Part shown: positions 28,993-38,769 of the stretch, one piece after another
How the letters are laid out: each line of letters begins with the position of its first letter
Position numbering within the stretch: position 1 is the first letter of the stretch
Origin: a virus
Taxonomy: Duplodnaviria > Caudoviricetes
Length of the DNA stretch: 64,000 nucleotides
Virus record (IMG/VR): IMGVR_UViG_3300014590_000001
Coordinates: 128,001-192,000 of that record
Reading direction: 5' to 3' (one strand)
Notes under the pieces: model-generated
The model's input: the letters and a program-made list of their open reading frames with translations, nothing else
Database searches by the model: none
Told to the model about the DNA's origin: nothing
Program-made: the position numbers and the translations under genes

Positions 28993-29032
28993 TGTTTGGA
29001 AAATCTCCTAGAGTAATTGCTGCTAGGTCAAG

Positions 29033-29302
29033 TTAAAGTAACAGACCGTATAAGTTTTTATATTTTACTAAGCCCCTCCTATTTCGTATTAGGCAATCGT
29101 AGTTGAAAGGATCGATCCACAAAACTTGCCAGCCGTTTGTCTCATACATATAAAGACGACCGAGAAAGAATCTCTCACTGCGCATTTTGCGTAATGCTTT
29201 TTCACAATGATGTTTGAAATACTTTTCGTTTTCTTCAAACTCATACGTCGCCAGATATTTTAAAACGGCGCGTAAATTCTTTAACGGCGTTTCGCGTTTC
29301 AT
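29033..29302 (-). CDS. hypothetical protein
   Basis: 89 aa. Confidence 0.6.
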   Translation of the reverse strand: MKRETPLKNLRAVLKYLATYEFEENEKYFKHHCEKALRKMRSERFFLGRLYMYETNGWQVLWIDPFNYDCLIRNRRGLVKYKNLYGLLL

Positions 29303-29323
29303 GAATCAATCCATTATTGAAAA

Positions 29324-29845
29324 TTACTTGTTGGCTTTGTTCGTGCTGCCGAAACCACCTTCACCACGAACCGTTTCAGACAATTCTGAAACGATGTTTG
29401 GAAGCAGACGACCAGTACGCACAAACAGTAATTGTCCGAGCGCCTCGCCGCGTGGAATTTTCAAACTGCGTTTGCAGTCTTCCCACTCTTCAGGTTTAGT
29501 TTTATGAGGCTGCAATCCTCCTTCATGGAGCCAAGCAGCCGCCATCCATGTGCCGCGATAATCGGGGTCAATCAGGCCGAGAGTGTTCGCCAGCGCCAGC
29601 CCAAACTTCGAACCGTAGCCGGAGCGAGGCATCAGCACACACGCGAAGTCAGCAGGGAATTCAGCTTTGAAACCGAGATCGATCAGTTGAGTTTTCTCAG
29701 TGATGATCAAATCGGTCTGCGCGAAAACATCCAGCGCCGCACTAAGCGGTGTACCGTATGCAGGAGGAATAAAGTTTTTCAATTCCGGATTAGGCAGAAT
29801 GTCGAAAGTTGTTGCCATCGGAGCAGGAGTGAAAATTTGTTCCAT
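29324..29845 (-). CDS. dut: trimeric dUTPase
   Basis: SAALD, PRSG, GLIDPDYRG, GQL, RGEGGFGST motifs. Confidence 0.95.
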   Translation of the reverse strand: MEQIFTPAPMATTFDILPNPELKNFIPPAYGTPLSAALDVFAQTDLIITEKTQLIDLGFKAEFPADFACVLMPRSGYGSKFGLALANTLGLIDPDYRGTWMAAAWLHEGGLQPHKTKPEEWEDCKRSLKIPRGEALGQLLFVRTGRLLPNIVSELSETVRGEGGFGSTNKANK

Positions 29846-29846
29846 T

Positions 29847-30191
29847 TTAAATTTTACCTTCAGTGATATTGATATTGATTGAAACGTTGAACGGGAACAT
29901 TACAGGTTCAGAATCCATAATGTTCTTTCCCAAATAAAGATGGATAACATGATCGCCATTACCGAGCGAAGTTGCGAACCACTTCATGACCTTTAAAACT
30001 TTCTCGTAGCTGTCCGTGATTCCTACGTCAGTGCCTTTACTTCCGCTGCCGAGTGACGCATAGAAAGTTTTGCCAGCTTTAAGCTGTTCCAGTTTATTCA
30101 AAGGAACTTTCTTGCGAGGTACTGGCTTTTTCTTTTTCGGGATTTGCTGCAACTGCGGATCTTTAAACGAATGCTTCTTCGTGATCTTCAT
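29847..30191 (-). CDS. hypothetical protein
   Basis: 114 aa, GAGG RBS. Confidence 0.7.
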   Translation of the reverse strand: MKITKKHSFKDPQLQQIPKKKKPVPRKKVPLNKLEQLKAGKTFYASLGSGSKGTDVGITDSYEKVLKVMKWFATSLGNGDHVIHLYLGKNIMDSEPVMFPFNVSININITEGKI

Positions 30192-30200
30192 ACGCCGTCC

Positions 30201-30647
30201 TCAGTCAGCGTGAGAATACTGACACTCAGTTGCGGAAACGATTTTGCCGTCGTGCGTACCTTCCAGAATTTTGAACAGCGTGAGAGGGCCACGATCAAAC
30301 AAACAAATACCGCGCAGCTTTTTCGAAGTGTCGTAGTGGAAAATAATATCGACAAATTTTCCTTCGAAGCAGTGCTTGCTTGTCACGTTTTCCATGAATC
30401 CAAATTCCTGCGGATAGTGCTCACGACTAACAGTGTCGTAATAGTGACACACGTTATCAGGAAAATGATCAGCGTTCAGTTCCACGATTTCACGATTGGG
30501 AAACTCTGCGTCACTGCGAACAACAGTTCCTTTCAAAGTAACAATGTTACCTTCATGCAGTTTAACGTGGACTTCAGTTTCTTTTCCCAAACGATCTTCT
30601 TTTTGAGCAGGGAACAGATCATGATTAATTGTTGCGACAACACCCAT
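30201..30647 (-). CDS. hypothetical protein, probable tandem domain duplication
   Basis: AAGGAG RBS before ATG 30647. Confidence 0.75.
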   Translation of the reverse strand: MGVVATINHDLFPAQKEDRLGKETEVHVKLHEGNIVTLKGTVVRSDAEFPNREIVELNADHFPDNVCHYYDTVSREHYPQEFGFMENVTSKHCFEGKFVDIIFHYDTSKKLRGICLFDRGPLTLFKILEGTHDGKIVSATECQYSHAD

Positions 30648-30704
30648 TTCAAATCTCCTTAGAAACAAGAATGGCGCAGCAAATGCCACGCCTATATATT
30701 TGGT

Positions 30705-30998
30705 TTACAGATTGACGATACAAGTTTCATCGTCGATTGGAAATCCACGCTCGTCAGTTTTTCCAGAGCGGCGTGACAGATGAAAATACAGATCGTTTTC
30801 TTTCGGGCCTGTTTGAATCGACGTGCATTTGTCCGTAAACTGCGTAGTCACATGCGAGATAGAAATATCTTCCAGAATTAAACGCTGGCTCAATTCTGTC
30901 AGAGTTACAAGACCGTGCGCATACAGAGTTAAAGACTCAAGCGCAGATTTGTTCAGTTCCAGTTTACGCGGTGCAGTATCGGTCGGTTCGTATGACAT
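30705..30998 (-). CDS. hypothetical protein
   Basis: 97 aa. Confidence 0.65.
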   Translation of the reverse strand: MSYEPTDTAPRKLELNKSALESLTLYAHGLVTLTELSQRLILEDISISHVTTQFTDKCTSIQTGPKENDLYFHLSRRSGKTDERGFPIDDETCIVNL

Positions 30999-31010
30999 TT
31001 TCGTTTTGCC

Positions 31011-31307
31011 TTATAAAGATTTCAGAAGTTCAAAATCTGATTCATCCATCAGATCGCGGAAAGAAGGAACGTTCGTATTCGCAGAACGTCCAATGCGATG
31101 TAACCGGATAGCAGCGCCGACACCGTCATCAACAGCGACAGCAGGATCAACGCCACGCATAATCTTGCTTACGATTTCCTCACGCAGAGGAAACATTGCG
31201 GAAGATTCCATTCCTTCCGCGTGGAAGCGCATTAAAATTTCTGTCTGCATCGCGGCATGAGCTTTCACCATAGCGTCCAGCGCTTTCTTACGATTCATCT
31301 TTGCCAC
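31011..31307 (-). CDS. hypothetical protein
   Basis: 98 aa. Confidence 0.65.
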   Translation of the reverse strand: MAKMNRKKALDAMVKAHAAMQTEILMRFHAEGMESSAMFPLREEIVSKIMRGVDPAVAVDDGVGAAIRLHRIGRSANTNVPSFRDLMDESDFELLKSL

Positions 31308-31310
31308 AAC

Positions 31311-31796
31311 TTAATTCCCCATAACCTGATTGTGCAGCGCAGTCAGAGTATCCAACAGCGCTTTTTGTGAGTTGTAATTGTTCATGAGATTGTTTTCGAA
31401 TGCGCCAATCTCAAACGCGTTTTCGTCAGTGCTTACGAAATCGTAACGCGTGGTTGTTCCGTTTGGCAGAACATACGTTACGGTAACGCCGTACTCTTCT
31501 TTCGTGATAGTAGTCTTCACGGCGTTTTCTGACAGAGAACAAATGAGAGGCCACATTGGGCGAGTCTCATATGTTGTTTCACTCACGCTAAAATCGAGAT
31601 CGGCAGTTTGCAGAAAATCATAACCAGCATAAGTTTTCTGACAACGTGCATCCACTGATTTAGTCAGCGCCAAATCTTTAGTGATGATTCGCGGCGTGAC
31701 TTCTGCGAGAGCGGCAGGGCTTGATGAAACACTAGCATTCGCTTGCTGTACCGATGCAAACAGAATTGCAGATAACACAATGCTAGATACCTTCAT
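31311..31796 (-). CDS. secreted/periplasmic hypothetical protein
   Basis: Sec signal MKVSSIVLSAILFASVQQANA; AAGGAG RBS. Confidence 0.75.
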   Translation of the reverse strand: MKVSSIVLSAILFASVQQANASVSSSPAALAEVTPRIITKDLALTKSVDARCQKTYAGYDFLQTADLDFSVSETTYETRPMWPLICSLSENAVKTTITKEEYGVTVTYVLPNGTTTRYDFVSTDENAFEIGAFENNLMNNYNSQKALLDTLTALHNQVMGN

Positions 31797-31799
31797 GAC

Positions 31800-32036
31800 T
31801 TACTCCTTTTTAGATTGAACAGTTGTGTAAACTACGCGCTCAGAAAATTCGTTGATAACGTTCCAATCCGTTTGATCACCGCTTTTCATTTTGAGCTGAT
31901 TGGCAACTTCGATTGCTTGTTCTACTTTTGGATATGATGCAATTTCGTTTGGTCTTCCGATTTCTGCCATGAACACGCCGGAGTAACCTTCTCCTTTGTA
32001 CACAACGTTTGCGTTTGCAACAGCGTAATGTGGCAT
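31800..32036 (-). CDS. hypothetical protein
   Basis: 78 aa, AAGGAG RBS. Confidence 0.7.
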   Translation of the reverse strand: MPHYAVANANVVYKGEGYSGVFMAEIGRPNEIASYPKVEQAIEVANQLKMKSGDQTDWNVINEFSERVVYTTVQSKKE

Positions 32037-32038
32037 GG

Positions 32039-32206
32039 TTATTTCTCCTTTTCTTTAAGTGTTGATGAAAGAATCACGGAAAAAGATTGCTCAGGTTTGG
32101 CAGAAACTTTTTCACGTTTGTTGGCGTGACGTTTTTCAGATTCTTGTTCCCGATCAAACTTGTTCAAACGAACAGGCGTAATTGGTGTAATGCGGGAAAG
32201 TGTCAT
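32039..32206 (-). CDS. small basic protein (55 aa, below ORF-track cutoff)
   Basis: GGAGG RBS; MTLSRITPITPVRLNKFD...; first gene after P8. Confidence 0.7.
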   Translation of the reverse strand: MTLSRITPITPVRLNKFDREQESEKRHANKREKVSAKPEQSFSVILSSTLKEKEK

Positions 32207-32277
32207 GCTGTAATCCTCCGTTGTGGGAAAGATACAGCGCTTCCCACGGGTTCGCGGTATTGCGTTCCCTGACTTAA

Positions 32278-32336
32278 ATTTTACCTAAGTAAAGGCTCAA
32301 TTCCAAGCGGTATTTTGGACACTTATTTGCAGAGTT
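32278..32336 (-). promoter_or_regulatory. phage promoter P8 (TTGGAA-17-TAAAAT)
   Basis: AACTCTGCAAATAAGTGTCCAAAAT, 28 nt, TAAAAT. Confidence 0.85.
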
Positions 32337-33020
32337 CTAGCGTTTGGCGGCTACGCGTTTTTTGCCTGATTGCAAGGCAGCGGGAATAGCGGCAATGGTT
32401 GATTCAACGGTATCGCCAGAGATCATAGAGAAGCCGTAAAGTTCCGTTAGCTTTTTGGTAAACTCAATTCCCCAACCGCCTTGCGATTCATGCGAAGAAT
32501 CAAAATGCAACGGATCATAAAATATGTCGCATTCTTTCAGACCGTATGCTTCCGCCACTTTTCGAATGCGCCCACTTTGTTCGATACATTCAGTAGCCGA
32601 CAGCGGATAATATTTCTGTTCGATGATCGTTTTAATGTTTGCAACTTCCGGAATCAACGTTGTGTTGAAGTGGAAATATTTTTCCAGCAGCGCGAACATT
32701 TCTTTTTGTTTAAGTTTGAAAGTACCGAGATACAAAATGAGAGGAATTGCGTTGTGATGTTTGGATAACTCAAAACACATTTTATGATCGGGTTCCGGTG
32801 CAACTTTGCCCTTCTTCATATTAGGATGAAGTTGGTGGCGATTCAGGTTGAGGTAGTTGGTTATTGTTTCAATATGTGCAGTGCTTGCACACAACTCACA
32901 CATTTTTAATAAGCGCGAATCTTTCGCAGAGAATCCGCATATGACGTGAAGACGATCCAACTCAACATCATTCAACTGACCCAACGCAGCAAAGATAGGA
33001 GAGGTTAAATGTTCGTTCAT
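32337..33020 (-). CDS. hypothetical protein
   Basis: 227 aa. Confidence 0.7.
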   Translation of the reverse strand: MNEHLTSPIFAALGQLNDVELDRLHVICGFSAKDSRLLKMCELCASTAHIETITNYLNLNRHQLHPNMKKGKVAPEPDHKMCFELSKHHNAIPLILYLGTFKLKQKEMFALLEKYFHFNTTLIPEVANIKTIIEQKYYPLSATECIEQSGRIRKVAEAYGLKECDIFYDPLHFDSSHESQGGWGIEFTKKLTELYGFSMISGDTVESTIAAIPAALQSGKKRVAAKR

Positions 33021-33035
33021 AAAAATTTCCCACAG

Positions 33036-33064
33036 AAAAGAAAGCGGCCTGAATTAACAGGCCA
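33036..33064 (-). terminator. possible intrinsic terminator
   Basis: GGCCTG-TTAATT-CAGGCC-GCTTTCTTTT. Confidence 0.55.
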
Positions 33065-33072
33065 ACTTTGAT

Positions 33073-34977
33073 TTAGTTTTTAGCGACAAGACGATCCATC
33101 GCAGCAATAAAGATTTCAGCAAGACGCGGCGCACCAAGTTTATTTAAACTCTTGTCGCTGTATCCGCGTGACGCCAATTCTGCGATCAGTTCCTGACGCG
33201 ACAGCACCGGAATAACTTCACGATAGTTATCTGCGGTGACGTTGCGCGACTCAGGCGCGTTTTCCATTTCCGCTTCAGCGATGAATGCTTTCAGTTCGCT
33301 GGCGCTCATGGTACGAGCTTTTGTCGGCGGCATACCTAACGCAATCGCACGTTCGAAAGCAGCAGACGGCGCGGATTCGGTTTTAGTTTCTGCTACAGGT
33401 TCAACAGCAGGTTCTTCAGGCTCAACGCTGAAGAATGGAATGCCGTGTTTCGCAGCCAGTGCATTAACGCGAGAAACAAACCTGTACATTGCGTCAGCGT
33501 TTTCTTGTTCCAGACAATGTTCAAGCAGCCACTCTTCAGCTTCTTGCGCGTCGAATGAACTTGTGTCTTGTGCTGGCACAATGCTTTCGATCAACGGACG
33601 GAAGAATTGCAGACGTTTGAAATTGGTATCTTCTAACCACTCCTCGAACGCGGCCTGAAGTTTATCGCCGTAGTCAAAGTAATCTTCATTTACGTCATTG
33701 AAGAAAAGTTCCAGCAATTCGTAATGACGCTTTTCGCCAATCGTAATGAGCGATACATCTTTGCTCAGAACGTTTTCTTGCACGGCGCGGAACAACGCGG
33801 AACGCAGAGCAGAAGTTGAAGCAAGTGCGTATTTCTTTTCTTCGAGTTTGAATTCTTCGTCGTCTTCGCTCATTGCTTTCAGTGCTGCATAAAGTTCTTC
33901 GGCAGTTGCAGGAACGATTAGAGATTTACGTTTCGGAGAAGCAGGAGTTTCATCTTCATCCTCTTCATCTTCTTCGTCGAAGTCATCTTCTTCTTCGTCT
34001 TCCTCCTCTTCCTCTTCATCGTCTTCCAGTTCTTCATCATCCTTGTAGGCAGACGCGAAACGATCAATCAGTTCTTTTGCGTTGTCATCCAACTGACCGG
34101 AAACTTTTTCTTTGCCGTCGTGTACTGCAACCCAAAACGTTGCGATGATTTGCAGAGTTTGAATGAATGACAGATCGCTGAAGTGCATCCAATCGGCGTA
34201 CTGCGCAGAAGTGATCAGGTCTTTATCGTGCAGACGCTTCAGAACTTCCTGCGGGCCGATTGCACAAATTGAACGCATCAGCGCGTAGCTGCGATTTGAT
34301 GAATCGTCAATGTCGAGCATCTGAACTAACACGCGAAACGCTTCTTCGTTCCAGTGATCGAGTTCATCGCCAATATCGCTCAGGATAATATTGTCGTCCT
34401 GACGAACCAGCTTGCTCATATCCAAACGAGAGGCAAGTTGCTGCCAGCGATCCGATTCAGAATATTTATCGTAGGCGTAACGCTCACCGAAATAATTCAG
34501 CAGCACGTTAGCAGTTGGGAACATGTGCTCGTAATTGTTCAGGTTTGCATGAATGCGGCGCACCATCATCATACGCGGATCTGGATCAGATTGACGAATC
34601 ATGCGAGTTCCAATACCACACGCTTTCGCAATCTTTTCGATATTCGCATCAGACTCAAACGCCAACAGATCGTTAACGTCCATGATACGGCGCAGATTGA
34701 GGAATTCATCAATCACGTTGGACAGCGTTACGATATTGAATGCTTCGAATTCGGACGGCAGAGTTTCAGTGTCCGGATAAACGAACGCTAAAAACATTGC
34801 GGCTTCAGATCCGCGCAGTTGCTTTTGGATAAACGCCAGAACAGATTGCTCAGGCGTTGCGTTTTCAGACAGAGACTCTTCCGATTCAATCAGAGAGCGA
34901 AACAGAACAGCGATCTGGCGAATTGCTTTTACGCGAGTCTCGCCAGTTTTCGGCAGTTGGATATTAAAGTCTAACAT
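33073..34977 (-). CDS. acidic helical protein with multiple HeH-like motifs
   Basis: 634 aa, D/E tract, C-term LSRQELIAELASRG. Confidence 0.8.
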   Translation of the reverse strand: MLDFNIQLPKTGETRVKAIRQIAVLFRSLIESEESLSENATPEQSVLAFIQKQLRGSEAAMFLAFVYPDTETLPSEFEAFNIVTLSNVIDEFLNLRRIMDVNDLLAFESDANIEKIAKACGIGTRMIRQSDPDPRMMMVRRIHANLNNYEHMFPTANVLLNYFGERYAYDKYSESDRWQQLASRLDMSKLVRQDDNIILSDIGDELDHWNEEAFRVLVQMLDIDDSSNRSYALMRSICAIGPQEVLKRLHDKDLITSAQYADWMHFSDLSFIQTLQIIATFWVAVHDGKEKVSGQLDDNAKELIDRFASAYKDDEELEDDEEEEEEDEEEDDFDEEDEEDEDETPASPKRKSLIVPATAEELYAALKAMSEDDEEFKLEEKKYALASTSALRSALFRAVQENVLSKDVSLITIGEKRHYELLELFFNDVNEDYFDYGDKLQAAFEEWLEDTNFKRLQFFRPLIESIVPAQDTSSFDAQEAEEWLLEHCLEQENADAMYRFVSRVNALAAKHGIPFFSVEPEEPAVEPVAETKTESAPSAAFERAIALGMPPTKARTMSASELKAFIAEAEMENAPESRNVTADNYREVIPVLSRQELIAELASRGYSDKSLNKLGAPRLAEIFIAAMDRLVAKN

Positions 34978-35586
34978 TTATTCTGTTTCCTCTTCTTCAG
35001 TTTGAACTTGAGCACCAAACAGGAATTCAATAATAGATTCGTGTTCGGTTTCCGCGTTTGAAAGTTCGCCGGAGCTGCGCAGGAATGTGTCGTATTCTTC
35101 TGCGAAGTCCATGCCGTTCAGAGCTTCGATCAACCACTCACGATCTTCATGTTGTGGTTCGTTGCCGTTAATCGTGTACAGGTCACGCAGTTGTTCCAGC
35201 GTCAGCGCATCCAGTACACGGTCTTTGTGAATCTGCGGATCAACGTTGGTACTGAATTCCGCACTGATAATGTTTTGCGTTACCAGAGATTCACAATCAT
35301 TGAAGTTGAACCACAGTTCCGACTTGTGCGTAGGAATGTTGTTTGGCTTCAGGAAATGATCGTTGAAGTAATCGCGCAATGTGTCGATGTGCTTACCGCT
35401 TTCTGCGAGGCGTTGCGACAGAGCGAAAACAACTTTGGTACGCTCGACAGTGTGGGCGTTTTCAATTCCCATTGCAGCCATCAGCGCCGCCAGATCAGAA
35501 TCAGAGAACAGCGCCAGCGCGTACCACCACTCACCTTCATCGAGAAGACGAGCAATTACCAGATCGGATGTGATTTGTTGAGTCAT
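34978..35586 (-). CDS. acidic protein with HeH-like repeats
   Basis: 202 aa; LDALTLEQLRDLY...DREWLIEAL. Confidence 0.75.
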   Translation of the reverse strand: MTQQITSDLVIARLLDEGEWWYALALFSDSDLAALMAAMGIENAHTVERTKVVFALSQRLAESGKHIDTLRDYFNDHFLKPNNIPTHKSELWFNFNDCESLVTQNIISAEFSTNVDPQIHKDRVLDALTLEQLRDLYTINGNEPQHEDREWLIEALNGMDFAEEYDTFLRSSGELSNAETEHESIIEFLFGAQVQTEEEETE

Positions 35587-35595
35587 GATTTTACC

Positions 35596-36414
35596 TTAAT
35601 CTTCGTTCGGGTTTGGAAGTTGCTTCAACATTTCAGCAGCAACTTCTTCAGTGAGTTTTTCGTATGCGTAAACCAGCGCCTCGAACACAGCAAGAGTTTC
35701 ATCTTCCGGTTTCCAGTTCGTCCAATCTACCCACTCCGCGTTGCCTTGCATTACGTCCAGTTCGTCCGTAATCATTTCAGAAGCAATGCGAGATTCTTCT
35801 AAATCTTCTTCGTAGTCTTCGTCATAAATATTAATGCCGAGTGAGCCGAGAAGATTGTCGCGTTGGCGAGTGTTCAGCGCCGTCTTCAGAAAGTCGTCAA
35901 TCTTTCTTTGCTGGCGCGTCACGTCAAAGTAATACACCGCCATTTCAAAAATATCCTGACGGTTGCGGCCTTCAAATTCTTCCGGCTGCGATTCAACCAT
36001 AAGTGCCATCAGACGTTGAGCAGACAACACAGAAACTTCTTTCGCGCTATCCTGCAAACGATCTTTATCAACCAGAACGTCACATGCACGGCAAAGGTTT
36101 TTCAAACTTTGCGAACCGATAGTCATCAGATAATCTTCGACATTCTGATCGGTAACGAATTGGAAAGCGCGTCCGAACATCGGATGTTTTTCGGCCATTT
36201 CTTTTAACTTTGAAAGTGCGTCAAAAGAGAGTATGCCATCAACGAGCTTGATTGCTGAATCTGCGAAATGGTGAACTTCACGCGGAGAACTACTTGCTTC
36301 CGCTTTATCCATTTCGTAATAGAAATATTGATCTTTGTTGCCAGAGGTACGTTCCACGGCAGTAATAAAACGAATGCCAGAAACGAGTTCAGATAAGGTA
36401 GCGTGGTCTTTCAT
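35596..36414 (-). CDS. acidic hypothetical protein
   Basis: GAGG RBS before ATG 36414. Confidence 0.75.
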   Translation of the reverse strand: MKDHATLSELVSGIRFITAVERTSGNKDQYFYYEMDKAEASSSPREVHHFADSAIKLVDGILSFDALSKLKEMAEKHPMFGRAFQFVTDQNVEDYLMTIGSQSLKNLCRACDVLVDKDRLQDSAKEVSVLSAQRLMALMVESQPEEFEGRNRQDIFEMAVYYFDVTRQQRKIDDFLKTALNTRQRDNLLGSLGINIYDEDYEEDLEESRIASEMITDELDVMQGNAEWVDWTNWKPEDETLAVFEALVYAYEKLTEEVAAEMLKQLPNPNED

Positions 36415-36422
36415 TTTCGGCC

Positions 36423-36521
36423 TCACTTGTTATGAAGTTTTTCGCATTCTTTATGCAGACGCTGCAAGCGCCAGTTATTGAAACGGAAACGTAACTTACG
36501 GATAAATTGTTTAAAGGACAT
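36423..36521 (-). CDS. small basic peptide (32 aa)
   Basis: GAGG RBS; MSFKQFIRKLRFRFNNWRL...; fills the gap between flanking genes. Confidence 0.5.
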   Translation of the reverse strand: MSFKQFIRKLRFRFNNWRLQRLHKECEKLHNK

Positions 36522-37473
36522 TCTTTTGCCTCTTGAGTAAATCAACAACGGCAAGGTTTTTTGCTTTCGATTCGCACATGATATCGAATTGATCAAAAGA
36601 CAGTGCCCATTCGTTTACGAGTTGATTGTGGAAGTAATCTGCATGAGCACGTAGTTTCATTTTCGAAACAGAAAGTTTATTCTGATCCGGAAATTCATCT
36701 GACGGAACAAACTCAGGACGCGATACTGAATAGTGCATTGTGGGACGAACGCCACGCCAGCTATCTATTACCTTGTTTACAGTTTTGCTCTTAGGTTTGA
36801 TGTACTCGTTTGTCATAACCCAATGGTGATGAATATCCAGCACCACAGGAAGCAAATCAGATAGCGTTAGGCAATCGTCTACATGACTCGTCAATTCGTC
36901 ATTCTCAACAGTCAACATGCGACGACATTCAGGCGACAGACGCAGAAAGTTTTTTCTGAATCCTTGTGCGCCAAGTTTACCACTCAGGTGAATGTTGATC
37001 TTGAAGTCCTGAAACTTTTTACCATAGCCCATCATTGTTGCAATGCGCGTATGGTATTCAAGATCGCGAATTGAGTTTTCCACTACGTCCGGTCTATCAC
37101 TCGCAAGCACAGTAAATTGGCCAGGATGAAACGAAAGTCTGACACGATGCAATCGGGCAAACTCACCGAGCGCACGTAACTGATTTTCGACTTCAGGCAA
37201 AACATACTTGCGACTGACCACGCTAAAATCTTTATGCGTGAACAGCGGCAAGAGTTCGCTTGTGATTCGTACCATTCGTTTTGTCTCTGAACGGATCGCC
37301 ATCATTTTGATCATGCTTATCGTAGCGCGAACATTATGAGTTCCAATCTCAATCAGTTTTTCAATTTGCTCGTCGTGAGTTAAAAGTGACAAACGAGAAG
37401 CGGTGACGGTACGACACGGAAAAGGTTGTTTGCCATCCCTGCCCATATATTTACAAGCGAACCCTACGCGCAT
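36511..37473 (-). CDS. uvsE: UV damage endonuclease (UvsE/UVDE)
   Basis: RVGFAC, RLSFHPGQFTVLAS, INIH, LTVENDE, VLDIHHHW, HYS, AHADY, DIMCESKAK motifs. Confidence 0.93.
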   Translation of the reverse strand: MRVGFACKYMGRDGKQPFPCRTVTASRLSLLTHDEQIEKLIEIGTHNVRATISMIKMMAIRSETKRMVRITSELLPLFTHKDFSVVSRKYVLPEVENQLRALGEFARLHRVRLSFHPGQFTVLASDRPDVVENSIRDLEYHTRIATMMGYGKKFQDFKINIHLSGKLGAQGFRKNFLRLSPECRRMLTVENDELTSHVDDCLTLSDLLPVVLDIHHHWVMTNEYIKPKSKTVNKVIDSWRGVRPTMHYSVSRPEFVPSDEFPDQNKLSVSKMKLRAHADYFHNQLVNEWALSFDQFDIMCESKAKNLAVVDLLKRQKNVL

Positions 37474-37481
37474 TACTTACC

Positions 37482-37928
37482 TCAATGTTCTATGATGATA
37501 CCGAAATCACTTGCTGCAAAACTATCAGAGAGAATTGCAGAGAAGATACGTGCCTCGTAAAAATTGAATGACGCATCCGGACAAGTGTTTTCGTAAACGG
37601 TATCGGAAACTTTTCTGAAGTTTCGATCAACAAGAAACTTGTGAACGAATTCTTCCAACTTGTTTGGATCGAGTACCCACTCAAGCGAATATTTCATGAG
37701 AAGGTTTTCGATGCCTTTGCCAATCTCCGCATAATAGTAATCGGCAGACTGACCAGATTCTTGCTGGCGCAAATCAATGTACAGAGCTTGCGCCTCCATA
37801 AGCAAAGTGAATGCCTCAGCCAAATCAACTTTGACATTCTTCTCCATCTGCAAATGAAGTTCGCGCAGAACAATCGGTGTGATGGTGTCACAGCCAATCG
37901 TTTTCAGTTTAAAGTGATTCGGGATCAT
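37482..37928 (-). CDS. hypothetical protein
   Basis: 148 aa. Confidence 0.7.
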   Translation of the reverse strand: MIPNHFKLKTIGCDTITPIVLRELHLQMEKNVKVDLAEAFTLLMEAQALYIDLRQQESGQSADYYYAEIGKGIENLLMKYSLEWVLDPNKLEEFVHKFLVDRNFRKVSDTVYENTCPDASFNFYEARIFSAILSDSFAASDFGIIIEH

Positions 37929-38764
37929 TCTTCATCCTCTTCAGCTTCTTCCAAATCTTCCAGATACGAAACCAGTAGACGACGCAGACGGTTTTCGGAG
38001 CAGCGCTCTACGGGCACAGACGAATGAACTTCGAAAACTTTAATCCAGTGCAGCAACTGATCGCGATTCATATTACGCGCTTCGTCGGCTGTAGGAGTGC
38101 AAGTATCTTCTCCGTTCTTAACGTCTTCGGTTTCAATTCCGGCTCGCTTCTCTACGTCGAGAACGTAGGCCATCAAAAATTCGCGACGTTTCTTGTTGGA
38201 ATATTCACGCAGCATAAGCGGAGTTTGAACTTTATATTTCTTCAGCCAGTAGCGAACATGATCATCTTCCATCGTTGCAACTTGCTTGCTGGAAATCATC
38301 GGAATCTTTCCGTCACTATCTTCTGTTTCTTCGATAGCCTGAAGAGAAACCCAAACCATATTTTCTGGCCCCGCGCGTTTGTGTACACGCGTTGCTTTGC
38401 CCCAACCAACAGCAACGAAACGCTCACGCAGTTCATCGTACACCGATTGAGGATCGATTGCGTCAAAGTGACACAGTTCCAAATGCAGCAGGTTCGGAAT
38501 CAGATCGAAAGTTTGTTGTGCATATTCAGATTCTAACCACTCGCAATATTCGGTGTAGTTCTTGACGTAATCGCCGCCACTGCCTTTGTGCTTGCCGTAG
38601 TACGGTGAAGGAATTTCGCCGCCAGCAATTTCAAGCAGACAACTGTTAGCGCGTTTGATTGCTTTCGCGATAAAGTCATCCTGCTTTTGTTTCTGTTCCG
38701 TTTTAAGTTCCTCAAACTGCGTTGGGGAAACTGCGTCACGCTGATCGTGTACTGGATGCCACAT
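37925..38764 (-). CDS. hypothetical protein with two C-terminal HeH-like repeats
   Basis: 279 aa. Confidence 0.75.
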   Translation of the reverse strand: MWHPVHDQRDAVSPTQFEELKTEQKQKQDDFIAKAIKRANSCLLEIAGGEIPSPYYGKHKGSGGDYVKNYTEYCEWLESEYAQQTFDLIPNLLHLELCHFDAIDPQSVYDELRERFVAVGWGKATRVHKRAGPENMVWVSLQAIEETEDSDGKIPMISSKQVATMEDDHVRYWLKKYKVQTPLMLREYSNKKRREFLMAYVLDVEKRAGIETEDVKNGEDTCTPTADEARNMNRDQLLHWIKVFEVHSSVPVERCSENRLRRLLVSYLEDLEEAEEDEE

Positions 38765-38769
38765 AAAAT

